A stretch of 64,000 nucleotides of DNA from a bacterium (GCA_021849125.1 JAJZTG010000002.1:76573-140572); one strand, 5' to 3'. Counted from the first letter of the stretch, positions 29,384 through 39,431 are shown. Made by a program: numbers and translations. Notes: generated by a model from the sequence alone, not told the origin.

Positions 29384-30460
29384 TTATTGAGGGGAGCACA
29401 CGTTCCCGACCGAACAATTCCTGAACGGATTCGCCGCACCGCGGACCTCGAAGTGGAGGTGAGAACCGGTTGAGAGGCCGGTCGAGCCAGCATAGCCGAT
29501 AATCTGACCTGCTGATACTGACTGGCCTGAGGAGACGGACGTTTTCGTCATGTGCGAGTAGAGAGTCTGTGTGCCATTTCCGTGGGTGATAACGACATAG
29601 TTGCCGTAGCCGCCGTTCCATGCGCCATTGTTGCGAGCGAGTATCACTGTACCGGATGCTGCTGCGCGAATTGGCGTGCCGCGGGGCGCACCGAAATCGA
29701 CGGAGTTCCACCCGTGCAAGCCCTGCGTTATGGGAGCTCCTGGCAGAGGGTTACCATAGTAACCAGGCTGCGCTGCTCCGCCGCCACCCAAGTACGGTTC
29801 AGGACCAACCGCACGCTTAGACTTGGAGGAGGTGGATTTCTTCGCAACCGTAGGAGGTGGTGCGACGTCGCCTCCCGGAATGATGATCGATGAGTCGATG
29901 ACAAGCGGCTTTTCAGGGTCGAGACCGTTGTATTGCGCTATTTCCGTTGCATCACCATGATACTTGGCAGCGAGAGATTTGAGCGTATCGCCCTTTACGA
30001 CCTTATGCTCGACTCCTGAAATAGGGAGGATGACGAGCGTGTCTCCCGGATGAACGTCCGAAACACCCTTAAGGTCGTTTGCCCAGATGATGGTGTTTGC
30101 CGAGACTCCGAACATATCAGCAATCTCCGAAAGGGTGTCACCAGGGCGTACGACATAGACGGAAATGCGATCAGGAGGCGTCGAGCTCGCTACGTCAGCG
30201 ATCGTGCCCGAAGGGCCTGCGTACGCGAGCATCGCATTGCCGCTTAGCGGGATGTCAGCCCCGAGGCCCTTATTCGGGTTCGGATCGAAGTTTACGGCTG
30301 CGCGAAGGACCGGAGTCGAGACGTCGGGTGCTGCAAGGAGGCCAGCCGCGCTCGCGTCTGTCGAGAAAAACCAAAAAGCGTTTGCGCGGTTCGGAGCCCC
30401 AAGTGCCAAGATGGCGAGAACGGCAAATCCTAGTACGGAAAATTGAGCGATTGATTTAAT
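29384..30460 (-). CDS. secreted LysM-domain (two copies) M23 family metallopeptidase
   Basis: Two LysM repeats (YVVRPGDTLSEIA..., HKVVKGDTLKSLA...) and M23 motifs (HGWNSVDF, YGNYVVITHGNGTQTLYSHM, GSTGLSTGSHLHFEV). The first canonical start (TTG 30409) gives no signal peptide. An in-frame upstream stretch IKSIAQFSVLGFAVLAILALGAPNRANA is a textbook signal peptide, implying an ATT (30460) or CTG start. Confidence 0.75.
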   Translation of the reverse strand: MKSIAQFSVLGFAVLAILALGAPNRANAFWFFSTDASAAGLLAAPDVSTPVLRAAVNFDPNPNKGLGADIPLSGNAMLAYAGPSGTIADVASSTPPDRISVYVVRPGDTLSEIADMFGVSANTIIWANDLKGVSDVHPGDTLVILPISGVEHKVVKGDTLKSLAAKYHGDATEIAQYNGLDPEKPLVIDSSIIIPGGDVAPPPTVAKKSTSSKSKRAVGPEPYLGGGGAAQPGYYGNPLPGAPITQGLHGWNSVDFGAPRGTPIRAAASGTVILARNNGAWNGGYGNYVVITHGNGTQTLYSHMTKTSVSSGQSVSAGQIIGYAGSTGLSTGSHLHFEVRGAANPFRNCSVGNVCSPQ

Positions 30461-30638
30461 AGGAAACAGGGGAAATCAGTGGGTCATCCGAGTACAAAAA
30501 TGGCATAAGAACAAGTAAATAAGCCATTTCTTGAGTGCATCCGTATCAGTCGATATTCCGAGTATAGCCGAGGGAGCCCCTGAGTCAACCGCCTCCAAGG
30601 GCTACTGTGGAGAACAGTTTTTCGGGTATATTTGAAAG

Positions 30639-32555
30639 GTGAACTATCTCGATTCCTTAAATGACGCTCAGAAAGAGGCGGTCCTTGCTACAGAAGGACC
30701 GATTTCTGTCTTGGCGGGTGCCGGAAGCGGTAAGACACGCGTGCTTGCGACCCGTATCTACCATCTGATCCGTGAAGGGGCGCCGCCGGAGACGATCCTT
30801 GCGGTCACCTTTACCAATAAGGCGGCACGCGAGATGCGGGAGCGCGTACGCACGATGCTCGGAGACGATGCGTCCGTGCCATTTATCGCGACGTTCCACG
30901 GCCTCGGTCGAGAGATCCTTGAGCGGCACGGGTCGGTACTCGGCATCCCGCGCTATTTCAGCGTTTACGACCGTGATGATTCGGAGCGAGCGGTATCGGT
31001 GGCCCTCAAAGCACTCGATGTCTCGACCAAAGAGCTTTCACCGCGCGCGGTGCTCGGTCGCATCTCGCGCGCAAAGAACAGCGGCGTTCGCGCAAGCGAG
31101 TTTTATGAGAAGCAAGGGCGATCCGGTTTCGGTAACCGGATCGTGGCGGAGGTCTGGCTTCGTTATGAGAAGACCTTGAAAGAAGAGAAGGCGCTCGATT
31201 TCGACGATCTCATCGTGCTCCCGGTTAAGCTTCTCGAAGAGTATGCCGATATCCGAGCCGCGGCACAGGAGCGGTGGCGGTACCTTCACATCGATGAATA
31301 TCAGGACACGAGCGCGCTTCAGGGGCGCCTCACGAACCTTCTTGCGACGAAACACAAGAACCTGTTCGTGGTGGGCGATATCGATCAGACTATCTATACG
31401 TGGCGCGGCGCGACGATCGAGAACCTGCTTGAATTCGACAAGACGTATCCGGAAGCCCAGACGATCATCCTCGAGCGCAACTATCGTTCGACGAAGACGC
31501 TCGTCGATGCGGCAAACGCGGTCATCGAGAAGAACAAGAACCGTAAAGAGAAACGTTCGACCACGGAGCAGGGCGAAGGTGAGCCGATCAAGGTGCATGT
31601 CGCGCCAAATGCGGAATTCGAAGCACGCTACATCGCGAAGGAGATCCGAAGACTCATGCAAAACGGCGTGAAGCCAGAGGATGTCGCGGTCCTGTTCCGG
31701 ACAAACTTCCAATCACGCGCGCTCGAGGAAGGGCTTTTGCGAGAAGGGGTCCCGTACAAGCTGCTCGGTACGCGTTTCTTCGGACGCAAAGAAGTGAAAG
31801 ACATGCTCGCGTGGATGCGCCTCGCGATCGATCCGTCACGCGAAGCCGACAAGATGCGCGCGGTTGCGAGCCCGTCGCGCGGTATCGGCGCAGTCACGCT
31901 CGGCAAGCTTGCAGCGGGACAGCGTGAAGCGCTTCGTCCGTCTGACCTCGCGAAAGTCGAAGCGTTCGAGAAAGTCGTCACTGAACTTGCCTCGGCTTCC
32001 GAGACGCTCACGCCATCGGAGTTTGTCCGGCTCGTTGCCGAGAAAAGCGGCATGAAACGAGCCCTCGTCGACGAGGGCAGTGCCGAAGACCATGAGCGAT
32101 TCGAGAACATCGAAGAGCTCGCGTCGGTCGCAGCTCGGCATGATCATCTGCCGGGGAAGGAAGGCATCGCGCTCTTCTTGGCTGAAGCGGCGCTCGCAAG
32201 CGACCAGGACGAACTCGATCAGAATACGAAAAAAGGCGTGACACTCATGACCGTGCACGCGGCCAAGGGTCTCGAGTTCGATACCGTCTTCGTAACCGGT
32301 ATGGAAGAGGGTCTCTTTCCGCACAGCGACATGGGGGATGGCAAACGTGATGATGAGGAAGAGCGCCGCCTTTTCTATGTCGCGATCACGCGCGCTAAGC
32401 GCCGCTTGTATCTTACGCTTGCGCGCGTGCGCAAGATCTATGGTATCGACAGTTATGCCGAACCCTCTTCATTCCTTGCTGATATCGATGACGCGCTCGT
32501 GCTTTATGATGAAAGCTATGATCAGACCTATGATAAAGGATGGATCATCGAGTAA
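30639..32555 (+). CDS. pcrA: ATP-dependent DNA helicase, UvrD/PcrA family
   Basis: GAGSGKT Walker A and UvrD motifs (TFHGLGREIL, DEYQDT, VGDIDQTIY). 638 aa. Confidence 0.85.
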   Translation: MNYLDSLNDAQKEAVLATEGPISVLAGAGSGKTRVLATRIYHLIREGAPPETILAVTFTNKAAREMRERVRTMLGDDASVPFIATFHGLGREILERHGSVLGIPRYFSVYDRDDSERAVSVALKALDVSTKELSPRAVLGRISRAKNSGVRASEFYEKQGRSGFGNRIVAEVWLRYEKTLKEEKALDFDDLIVLPVKLLEEYADIRAAAQERWRYLHIDEYQDTSALQGRLTNLLATKHKNLFVVGDIDQTIYTWRGATIENLLEFDKTYPEAQTIILERNYRSTKTLVDAANAVIEKNKNRKEKRSTTEQGEGEPIKVHVAPNAEFEARYIAKEIRRLMQNGVKPEDVAVLFRTNFQSRALEEGLLREGVPYKLLGTRFFGRKEVKDMLAWMRLAIDPSREADKMRAVASPSRGIGAVTLGKLAAGQREALRPSDLAKVEAFEKVVTELASASETLTPSEFVRLVAEKSGMKRALVDEGSAEDHERFENIEELASVAARHDHLPGKEGIALFLAEAALASDQDELDQNTKKGVTLMTVHAAKGLEFDTVFVTGMEEGLFPHSDMGDGKRDDEEERRLFYVAITRAKRRLYLTLARVRKIYGIDSYAEPSSFLADIDDALVLYDESYDQTYDKGWIIE

Positions 32556-33315
32556 CCGACCGCGCGTCGTAGCGAAGAAATCACTCGGTCAGAATTTCCT
32601 CATGCATGCGCGCATCGCGGAGCGCATCGCGCTTACGGCGCCTATCACCAGAGAGTCGGTCGTACTTGAGATAGGTCCTGGTACGGGGATGCTCACCCGT
32701 GAGCTCTTGAAGAAGGCAAAGAAGGTCATCGCAGTCGAAGCTGATGACGAGCTTTTTGAGAAACTCAGGATCGATTTCGCCGAGACGATCGGAAAAGGGA
32801 GATTGGAACTCCATCACGGCGATGTCCGTACTTTTGACGCGGACAGTCTCCCAAAAGGTTATCTGCTTGTCGCGAACATCCCATACTACATTACCGGGGA
32901 AATATTCCGCATGTTTCTCGAGGCAAAGAATCAGCCGAGCACGATGGTGCTTCTCGTGCAGAAAGAGGTTGCAGAACGGATCGCTCGGTCGAAAAAAGAG
33001 AGCCTGCTCTCGCTCTCGGTGAAAGCCTACGGGACGCCGTCCTATGCGTTCACGGTGCCACGCGGAGCGTTTCATCCTGCGCCGAAGGTGGATTCGGCGG
33101 TCATTAAGGTGGAAGACATTTCACGCAAGAACTTTTCCTCTCAAGAAGAGGAAGACCGTTTCTTCAAGCTTATCCATGCCGGTTTCGCGCACAAGCGCAA
33201 GTTCGTGCGGAAAAACCTGACCGAGGCCGGACTTCGGGCGGGTGATTTGCCAGAAAAGGCGCGCGCGGAAGATCTTCCTCTCGCGACGTGGCTCGATCTT
33301 GCACGCATGCAGTGA
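32530..33315 (+). CDS. rsmA: 16S rRNA (adenine1518/1519-N6)-dimethyltransferase
   Basis: LGQNFL, EIGPGTG and NIPY motifs. The start overlaps the pcrA 3' end by 26 nt. Confidence 0.85.
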   Translation: MIKDGSSSNRPRVVAKKSLGQNFLMHARIAERIALTAPITRESVVLEIGPGTGMLTRELLKKAKKVIAVEADDELFEKLRIDFAETIGKGRLELHHGDVRTFDADSLPKGYLLVANIPYYITGEIFRMFLEAKNQPSTMVLLVQKEVAERIARSKKESLLSLSVKAYGTPSYAFTVPRGAFHPAPKVDSAVIKVEDISRKNFSSQEEEDRFFKLIHAGFAHKRKFVRKNLTEAGLRAGDLPEKARAEDLPLATWLDLARMQ

Positions 33316-33384
33316 GAATTGCACAGTTTGCAAGTAGACAAGGCGTCGTCCTCTAGGAGTATAGTGGTATACTAAAGAGCGAGT

Positions 33385-34422
33385 ATGAACAGCGTCTCTT
33401 CTTCGCAGTGGCGTATCTTAACTGCAGCCGGCGTCTCTACTGTGCTCATCATAGGTGCCTACTTTCTCGCTCGCGGATTCGGCGCGCCGGACGCAGCAAA
33501 AGCTTCTTCGGAAAGCGAACTCCTTCAGGCCATCGCCACCAAAGATACGGATAATGACGGACTTACCGATTGGGAGGAAGCTCTTTTTGGCACCGACCCG
33601 AAGGTGGTCGACACGTTCCATCTCGGGATGACCGATGGAGAAGCGGCAGCAAAAGGTCTCATCGTGCCCAAAGCGATCGCTGACGCCGGCACAGCGACTA
33701 CGACCCCGCGTGTCGCTATCGGCGACAGCTCTCTCCCAGCCCCCGTAGAGGGAACCCTCACGGCAGCTTTCGCAAAGAGTTTCTACACGCTTTATGTCGC
33801 TGCTAAGCAAGCAAAGGGCGGAGCCGACCTCACTCAAGACGAAATGTCAGGCGTTGCCAAGAAGGCGATAGCGAACCTCTCCGACTCCGTCAAAGCGGCT
33901 CCAAACTTTAAATCGGCGAGCGATCTCACTGTCTCGGGTTCTGGAGTTCAAGCGATGCTGACGTTTGCCGCAAGCGCCGAGGCGGTACTCCTTAAAAACA
34001 CGAATACCGCGACTAAGGGAGAGCTTGCGCTTCTCAAGGACGCGATCACCAATAATGACCAGTCCGCATACGAACAGCTCGCATCGCTTGCTAAGGGGTA
34101 TCGTGGTACAGCGGCAGGCCTCGCAGCGCTTCCTGTCCCGGAGGAGCTTGCTGCTACCGATCTCCTTCTCATAAACACGCTCATGCACATGGGCGAAATA
34201 ACCAGCGATTTCGTGCATACGGATACCGACCCGCTCGCGGCAATCCTTGCGCTTCAGCAATACGTTCAAACCGCACAGAATCTCGGCAAGGCCTTCATAG
34301 ATATCGGGCGCGTCTACGCTGCCTCCGGCATTTCGCTTCCAAACGGCACGCCAGGCGCTTTATTCGTGAACATGATCGCGGATATCGAGAGGGAGCAGGC
34401 TGCCGCGGCTAAGAAACCATGA
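33385..34422 (+). CDS. membrane-anchored protein of unknown function with a thrombospondin-type-3-like Ca-binding motif
   Basis: N-terminal TM helix followed by DTDNDGLTDWEEALFGTDP and an alpha-rich domain. First gene of a four-gene overlapping operon. Confidence 0.55.
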   Translation: MNSVSSSQWRILTAAGVSTVLIIGAYFLARGFGAPDAAKASSESELLQAIATKDTDNDGLTDWEEALFGTDPKVVDTFHLGMTDGEAAAKGLIVPKAIADAGTATTTPRVAIGDSSLPAPVEGTLTAAFAKSFYTLYVAAKQAKGGADLTQDEMSGVAKKAIANLSDSVKAAPNFKSASDLTVSGSGVQAMLTFAASAEAVLLKNTNTATKGELALLKDAITNNDQSAYEQLASLAKGYRGTAAGLAALPVPEELAATDLLLINTLMHMGEITSDFVHTDTDPLAAILALQQYVQTAQNLGKAFIDIGRVYAASGISLPNGTPGALFVNMIADIEREQAAAAKKP

Positions 34423-36335
34423 GCACCCGCCTATTATCATCTGGTATCGCTTCGCTCATCATCGCGGCACTTGTCGTGCCGGCGGTGTTTTTCATAGCTC
34501 CGCCGCAAGCACACGCGATCCCGGTCACGGTCGTTGGTGATATTTCTTTCCCGAGCTCCGTTACTACGGCTTTAAAGACCACCTATACGGCGATCAAAGA
34601 TACCCTTATCGAGATACATACTTACACCAGTGCGGCTGCAGATGTTGCACAATACATCAACACCTACGTGCTGGAGCCGCTTGCGTTTGTCATGTCGGGG
34701 CAGCTCATCAAGATGCTTACGGCAGCTGCCATCGGCTTTGTCATCGGCGAGGCGAACGGTACCGGCATACCCCAATTCATCACGGATGTGCATCGTTCGG
34801 TCCGGACTGTCGCTGACGGGCAAGCGCTTGCGTACCTCAAGCAGATAGGGCAGACAAACTCTCCGTTTGCGACGTCCATAGCGGCTTCACTTAATTCAGA
34901 CTACCTGAGCAAGACGAGTTTGGCCGGTTTCTGGAAGCAGAATCTCTGCACGCTCGAAGCAGCTTCTCCAGACGTAAATGCCTATCTCAGGGGAAATTGG
35001 ACGCAGGGTGGTATCGGCGCCTGGTTTACGCTCACGACGCAGGTCCAGAACGATCCGTACTCGCTTTACCTGCATACGCAAGAACAGCTTCATAATGTTG
35101 TCGGGCCGGGAGTGGGAGGCGCGACTGGTGCGAGGATTTCGGAACTCAATTGGGGTCAAGGATTCATGTCGTGGTGCGGCAATGCGCTTACGGAAGGATC
35201 TTCATGTAGCGATGTTAACGGTCGCGAGGGTACGATCAGCTCCGGAGGGGTATGTATCACGAGCGGCGCGGCAGCGGGGACCCAGTCCTGCAGCGACAAG
35301 TATGGAAATTTCGGCACAATCAATTCCGCAGGGCAATGCGTGGCGGACCCTTCATCCATCGTCGAAGGGTTTAATCCGGGAGATCCATGCACGCAAAGCG
35401 ACGGTACCCCGGGACAGATCAAGACGCCAGGTTCGACGATCAAGTCCACTTTGGACAAAGTGCTTGGTGGGCAGCAGGATCAGATCGTTCGTATGGGAAA
35501 CATCGGTCCTGAAATAAACGGCATACTTGGCGATATCGGAACCGTCTTCAATACGATCAATCTCGCATCTTCTCTCCTTGGAGGACATAATAGCCCAGGC
35601 GGTCTCCTCGGAGCGGGGAATATCTCCACGGGTCGGACGACATCGAGAATTACAGACTTGCAGACCTCGACCTCTACGCTCGGCATCACTACGCAGCAGA
35701 TCTACAAAGACAACAAGGACTCGATCGTGGTCAATGCTGATACCGACATGAAGACACGGGTGAACCTGTATAAATCAGCATGGACCACCATAATGTCGTC
35801 TGCCAATACTGCATCATCTAGTCTCACATCCCTCGCTTCTTTCTGCACGAAGGCGGCTGATGATGCGGCTCGTCTCCAGTATCAGAATAACTATGGCAGC
35901 ACCCCCACAGCCGCAGATATCGCTAAAGAGACTTCTCCGTTCATCACTGCCGCACGAGACCAGGCGAAGGAAGCTCAAAAAGTGATCTCCAGTGTCGTGG
36001 CGCCCGTTCTTGCGCAAGCGGCACTCGTCCCGGACATCATCGCCGCAGCGCTTGCTCAAGACGCGATCGTGCAAGACGAGCTTGCTACCGGTTCTACCAG
36101 CTATACGACCGATGCGGCGAAGCTCCGTACGATGTCGCCGACCTCTTCTGAAGTGGGTGATGCAGGATTTAACGCCACCAGGCTTGGAGCAGCTACGGCA
36201 GTTCCGGAGGGGTCCCTCTCGATCGCAGCCTCAGATTCAGTTCCTCTTGCCGATCAGATGAGCCTTCTGAGCACGAATGCAAGCGGATTGAAACAGACGG
36301 TGTGTACCCAAACAGCGAACAATAATGCTCCGTAG
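34419..36335 (+). CDS. large secreted protein of unknown function with tandem Cys-containing repeats
   Basis: Signal peptide ...APPQAHA/IPV. Repeats SCSDVNGREGTISSGGVCITSG and SCSDKYGNFGTINSAGQCVADP. ATGA overlap with the previous gene. Confidence 0.55.
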   Translation: MSTRLLSSGIASLIIAALVVPAVFFIAPPQAHAIPVTVVGDISFPSSVTTALKTTYTAIKDTLIEIHTYTSAAADVAQYINTYVLEPLAFVMSGQLIKMLTAAAIGFVIGEANGTGIPQFITDVHRSVRTVADGQALAYLKQIGQTNSPFATSIAASLNSDYLSKTSLAGFWKQNLCTLEAASPDVNAYLRGNWTQGGIGAWFTLTTQVQNDPYSLYLHTQEQLHNVVGPGVGGATGARISELNWGQGFMSWCGNALTEGSSCSDVNGREGTISSGGVCITSGAAAGTQSCSDKYGNFGTINSAGQCVADPSSIVEGFNPGDPCTQSDGTPGQIKTPGSTIKSTLDKVLGGQQDQIVRMGNIGPEINGILGDIGTVFNTINLASSLLGGHNSPGGLLGAGNISTGRTTSRITDLQTSTSTLGITTQQIYKDNKDSIVVNADTDMKTRVNLYKSAWTTIMSSANTASSSLTSLASFCTKAADDAARLQYQNNYGSTPTAADIAKETSPFITAARDQAKEAQKVISSVVAPVLAQAALVPDIIAAALAQDAIVQDELATGSTSYTTDAAKLRTMSPTSSEVGDAGFNATRLGAATAVPEGSLSIAASDSVPLADQMSLLSTNASGLKQTVCTQTANNNAP

Positions 36336-38490
36336 GCCTATGACGCGCTCTCTCCTCGCCGCGATTGCCGTCCCGATACTCTTTCTTGGCGCGGCTATCC
36401 TGACGCCGCAGGTCGTATGCGCTGCAAGCGCTTCTGATGTAGGGAAATCCTGTAGCAACGACGCGGGCGGCACGGGAACGTACAAGGACACCGGCGGAGG
36501 TAATATCCAGTGCGTCGTGACTAGCGACCCGGTTGCTGACCTTTCGCAACAGCCGGACGCACACACTCCCGACAATCCGACGGATTTCAAGAAGGATTCC
36601 GATTCGGTTTTCAATACGGTCATGATCAAGATCATGAGCCTCTTCGCATGGCTCGTCGGCGTTTCTGCGCTTACGCTCGATAATGCCGTGTACTACACCG
36701 TGGTCACGATGGGAGGTTACGTACACGAACTCGCAGCGGTCGGTGTCACCTGGCGGATCCTGCGCGACATCGGGAACATCCTGCTCATCTTCGGGTTCCT
36801 TGCGATAGGCATCTCGATCATCCTAAGCACCGAGCGGGTGGGTTTCGGGAAGAAGATGCTCCCAGGGCTCCTCATCGCGGCGGTCTTCATCAATTTCTCT
36901 CTCTTCATAACCGAAGCGGTCATCGACGCAGGGAATCTTTTCGCGACGCAATTCTACACGCAGATAAACGGCGGTAACCCGGCTTCACCGTCGAGTTTAG
37001 CCGGTTCGAATTCAATCGTCGATGTCGCTCGCACGGCGGGAAGTCAAGGCATCAGTAACAAGATCATGGCACAGCTCGGCCTCCAGACCATCTACGGGGA
37101 TGCGCTCGGTCAGAATACGCAGGTATTCAAGGGTGCTAACCCATTCCTCATAGGTTTTTTGGGCATCCTGCTCTTTCTTACGACCGCGTTCGTGATGTTT
37201 TCGCTCGCGTTCATCCTTATCGCGCGATTCGTAGCGCTCATCTTCATTATTATCTTGGCCCCGGTTGGCTTTGCCGGCCTCGCGATTCCTCAGTTGAAGA
37301 GTGTTGCGGGGAAGTGGTGGGGAGCCCTTTTCGAACAGACTCTTACCGCTCCGGTGCTCCTTCTCATGCTTTATGTGGCGCTCGCTGTTATTACCGATAA
37401 GCAGTTTCTGCCGGGTTTCGGACTCTCTGGTCCTGGGGCGGCAGGTGCCGCGACCGGGTTCGTAGATGGCGCGAATCTTGTCGCTTTCGGCAGCTTCATC
37501 CTTTCGTTCATCGTTGCGATGGGGCTTCTGCTTGCCGTGACGGTCTTTGCGAAGCAGCTCTCTGCGTTCGGGGCGGGTTGGGCGACGAAGGGTGCTAGCA
37601 TGGCGTCTTTCGGCGCGACAGCCTGGGGTGCCCGTCTTGTTGGAGGAGGTGTTGGCAGGGGCCTCAACAGCCGTTTGATGCGAGCACAAGCTTCAAAGAG
37701 CGGTGTCTTGGGTCTTGCTGCAAAAACGGCTGTATTTACCGGGCGTGGTATAGAGAATCGGACTTATGACGTTCGGAATCTGAAGACAGTGCAAGGTGTC
37801 CTGAGCGGCTCTGTGCTCGGCGTATCAACAGGGGTTGCCGCCGGATCATCCGTAACCGCGGGAGAGGCGGTTAAGAAGGCCGAAGAAGCAGCGAAGAAGT
37901 ACAAGCCGTTCTCGGGAGAATGGTGGCGCGACACACAAAAAGAATACGAGAAAGCAGCTAGCGAGCGTGAGAGGGAGAAAAAACTTGCATCGCCGGGTAC
38001 GCCTGATTTCAAGAAAGAACTGAATAAAATGTCTGAGGAAGAGCTTGCAGAACTCAAGGGTATTCGCCAAGGATTGGCCGATTTCGTTCATGTGCTTTCC
38101 CCTGCAAAATATGATTCCCTTTCCAAAAGCTCGAAGCTCCTTGCTGGTGAAAAAGACAAACTTGCGAAAACTTGGAATAGTCAGTTTGAGATTGATCCAA
38201 ATACGGGCGTTAATAATGCTGTGGCAACTATCGGGCGCTTTAGCACTGAAGAGGTCGCGGGGCTTAAAGGGGCTGTGCTTACTAAGCCAAACGTCGTTGC
38301 AGCGCTAGGGGTAAATGAATTCGAGAAGATTCGCAGCAAGGGCTCTCTCACGAAGGACGAACGTCGAGAAATCCGTAACCAAATGAATGCCGCTGCGCAA
38401 GCTAATCCAACCTACGCACAAGAAATTGCAGATTACTTCAATCCGGCAAATGACGTGGGTGAATCTCGCGATAAATACTGGAACGTATAA
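36325..38490 (+). CDS. polytopic membrane protein, TrbL/VirB6-like topology (putative), with a long coiled-coil C-terminal domain
   Basis: Signal peptide, Cys-containing ectodomain, about 6-7 TM helices with Gly-rich loops, and a 250-aa Lys/Glu-rich C-terminus. The family assignment is tentative. It overlaps the upstream gene by 11 nt. Confidence 0.5.
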   Translation: MLRRPMTRSLLAAIAVPILFLGAAILTPQVVCAASASDVGKSCSNDAGGTGTYKDTGGGNIQCVVTSDPVADLSQQPDAHTPDNPTDFKKDSDSVFNTVMIKIMSLFAWLVGVSALTLDNAVYYTVVTMGGYVHELAAVGVTWRILRDIGNILLIFGFLAIGISIILSTERVGFGKKMLPGLLIAAVFINFSLFITEAVIDAGNLFATQFYTQINGGNPASPSSLAGSNSIVDVARTAGSQGISNKIMAQLGLQTIYGDALGQNTQVFKGANPFLIGFLGILLFLTTAFVMFSLAFILIARFVALIFIIILAPVGFAGLAIPQLKSVAGKWWGALFEQTLTAPVLLLMLYVALAVITDKQFLPGFGLSGPGAAGAATGFVDGANLVAFGSFILSFIVAMGLLLAVTVFAKQLSAFGAGWATKGASMASFGATAWGARLVGGGVGRGLNSRLMRAQASKSGVLGLAAKTAVFTGRGIENRTYDVRNLKTVQGVLSGSVLGVSTGVAAGSSVTAGEAVKKAEEAAKKYKPFSGEWWRDTQKEYEKAASEREREKKLASPGTPDFKKELNKMSEEELAELKGIRQGLADFVHVLSPAKYDSLSKSSKLLAGEKDKLAKTWNSQFEIDPNTGVNNAVATIGRFSTEEVAGLKGAVLTKPNVVAALGVNEFEKIRSKGSLTKDERREIRNQMNAAAQANPTYAQEIADYFNPANDVGESRDKYWNV

Positions 38491-38503
38491 TAAAATTTGA
38501 CCC

Positions 38504-39277
38504 ATGAAAGATCTTTCTCTAGAGGAGGCAGGACGTTGGATGGATGCGGCACCCAAGATGGTGCAGGATGCAGTCACGAACCCTGTAACTCAACAGGTGC
38601 TAAGTGAGATCAGTGGGCGATATGCGCTCCATATCGATGTAAGCGGACTGCTTGAGAAGCTCACGAGCTATACGCTTATAGGCTATATCGGCCCGCAAGA
38701 TTTCTTCAGGGAGTTGCAAGCCTCTGGAGTTTCCGAGAAGGAAGCTCGAGAGATCATGGATGAGATTAATAAGAAGATTTTCATGCCGCTACGCGATGCG
38801 GAACGAAAGGAGGCGCCGGAGGCTATGACGCCGGCTCCTGCGCCCAAGCCTGTTTCCGCTCCGCGTCCTGCCGTCCCAAGCACTCCATCCTCGCTTCCTC
38901 CGCGTGCGGTTTTGCCTACGCGCCCAGTGATTAACCTACTTGAGGATCATGAGGAGCCAAGCATCCATTTTCCTCCGCTTCCTTCAGTAATACCCCAGGT
39001 AGCAGCACCCGCGCCCGTGTCTGCGCTCGCTCAGGCATCTATCCCGCGATCTGAGGCGATAGTGCAGCCCCAGAACCTCCCAGGCTCATTCCCACCTGTT
39101 CCCGTACCCGAAACGGCCACTTCTCACGAACCGGTAGCACCAGCTCCTGCCCCAGCACCAGCTCCGCTTACGCCGGCAAAGCCTGTGGTTGCCCAACCTG
39201 TGGTTCCGTCGGTGCCGCCCATTACTTCCTATTCGGTCGATCCATACCGCGAGCCGATCGACGAGAAGAACGGCTAG
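38504..39277 (+). CDS. hypothetical protein with a Pro/Ala-rich C-terminal half
   Basis: Last gene of the operon. The N-terminal globular domain is followed by PAPAPKPVSAPRPAVP...PAPAPAPAP. Confidence 0.5.
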   Translation: MKDLSLEEAGRWMDAAPKMVQDAVTNPVTQQVLSEISGRYALHIDVSGLLEKLTSYTLIGYIGPQDFFRELQASGVSEKEAREIMDEINKKIFMPLRDAERKEAPEAMTPAPAPKPVSAPRPAVPSTPSSLPPRAVLPTRPVINLLEDHEEPSIHFPPLPSVIPQVAAPAPVSALAQASIPRSEAIVQPQNLPGSFPPVPVPETATSHEPVAPAPAPAPAPLTPAKPVVAQPVVPSVPPITSYSVDPYREPIDEKNG

Positions 39278-39431
39278 CCTATATAGGCCAGAGTTGCGTT
39301 AATTAGCGTCTTCCTTTATAGTTCTTCCTGACCCTCTCGGGTCTTCTTTTACTGCCAAGCGATTCCGAGGAAAGGCGAAACTAACGTTTCGCCTTTCCGA
39401 GGAGAGCGCAGGGAGAAAACCCATTTACTAC

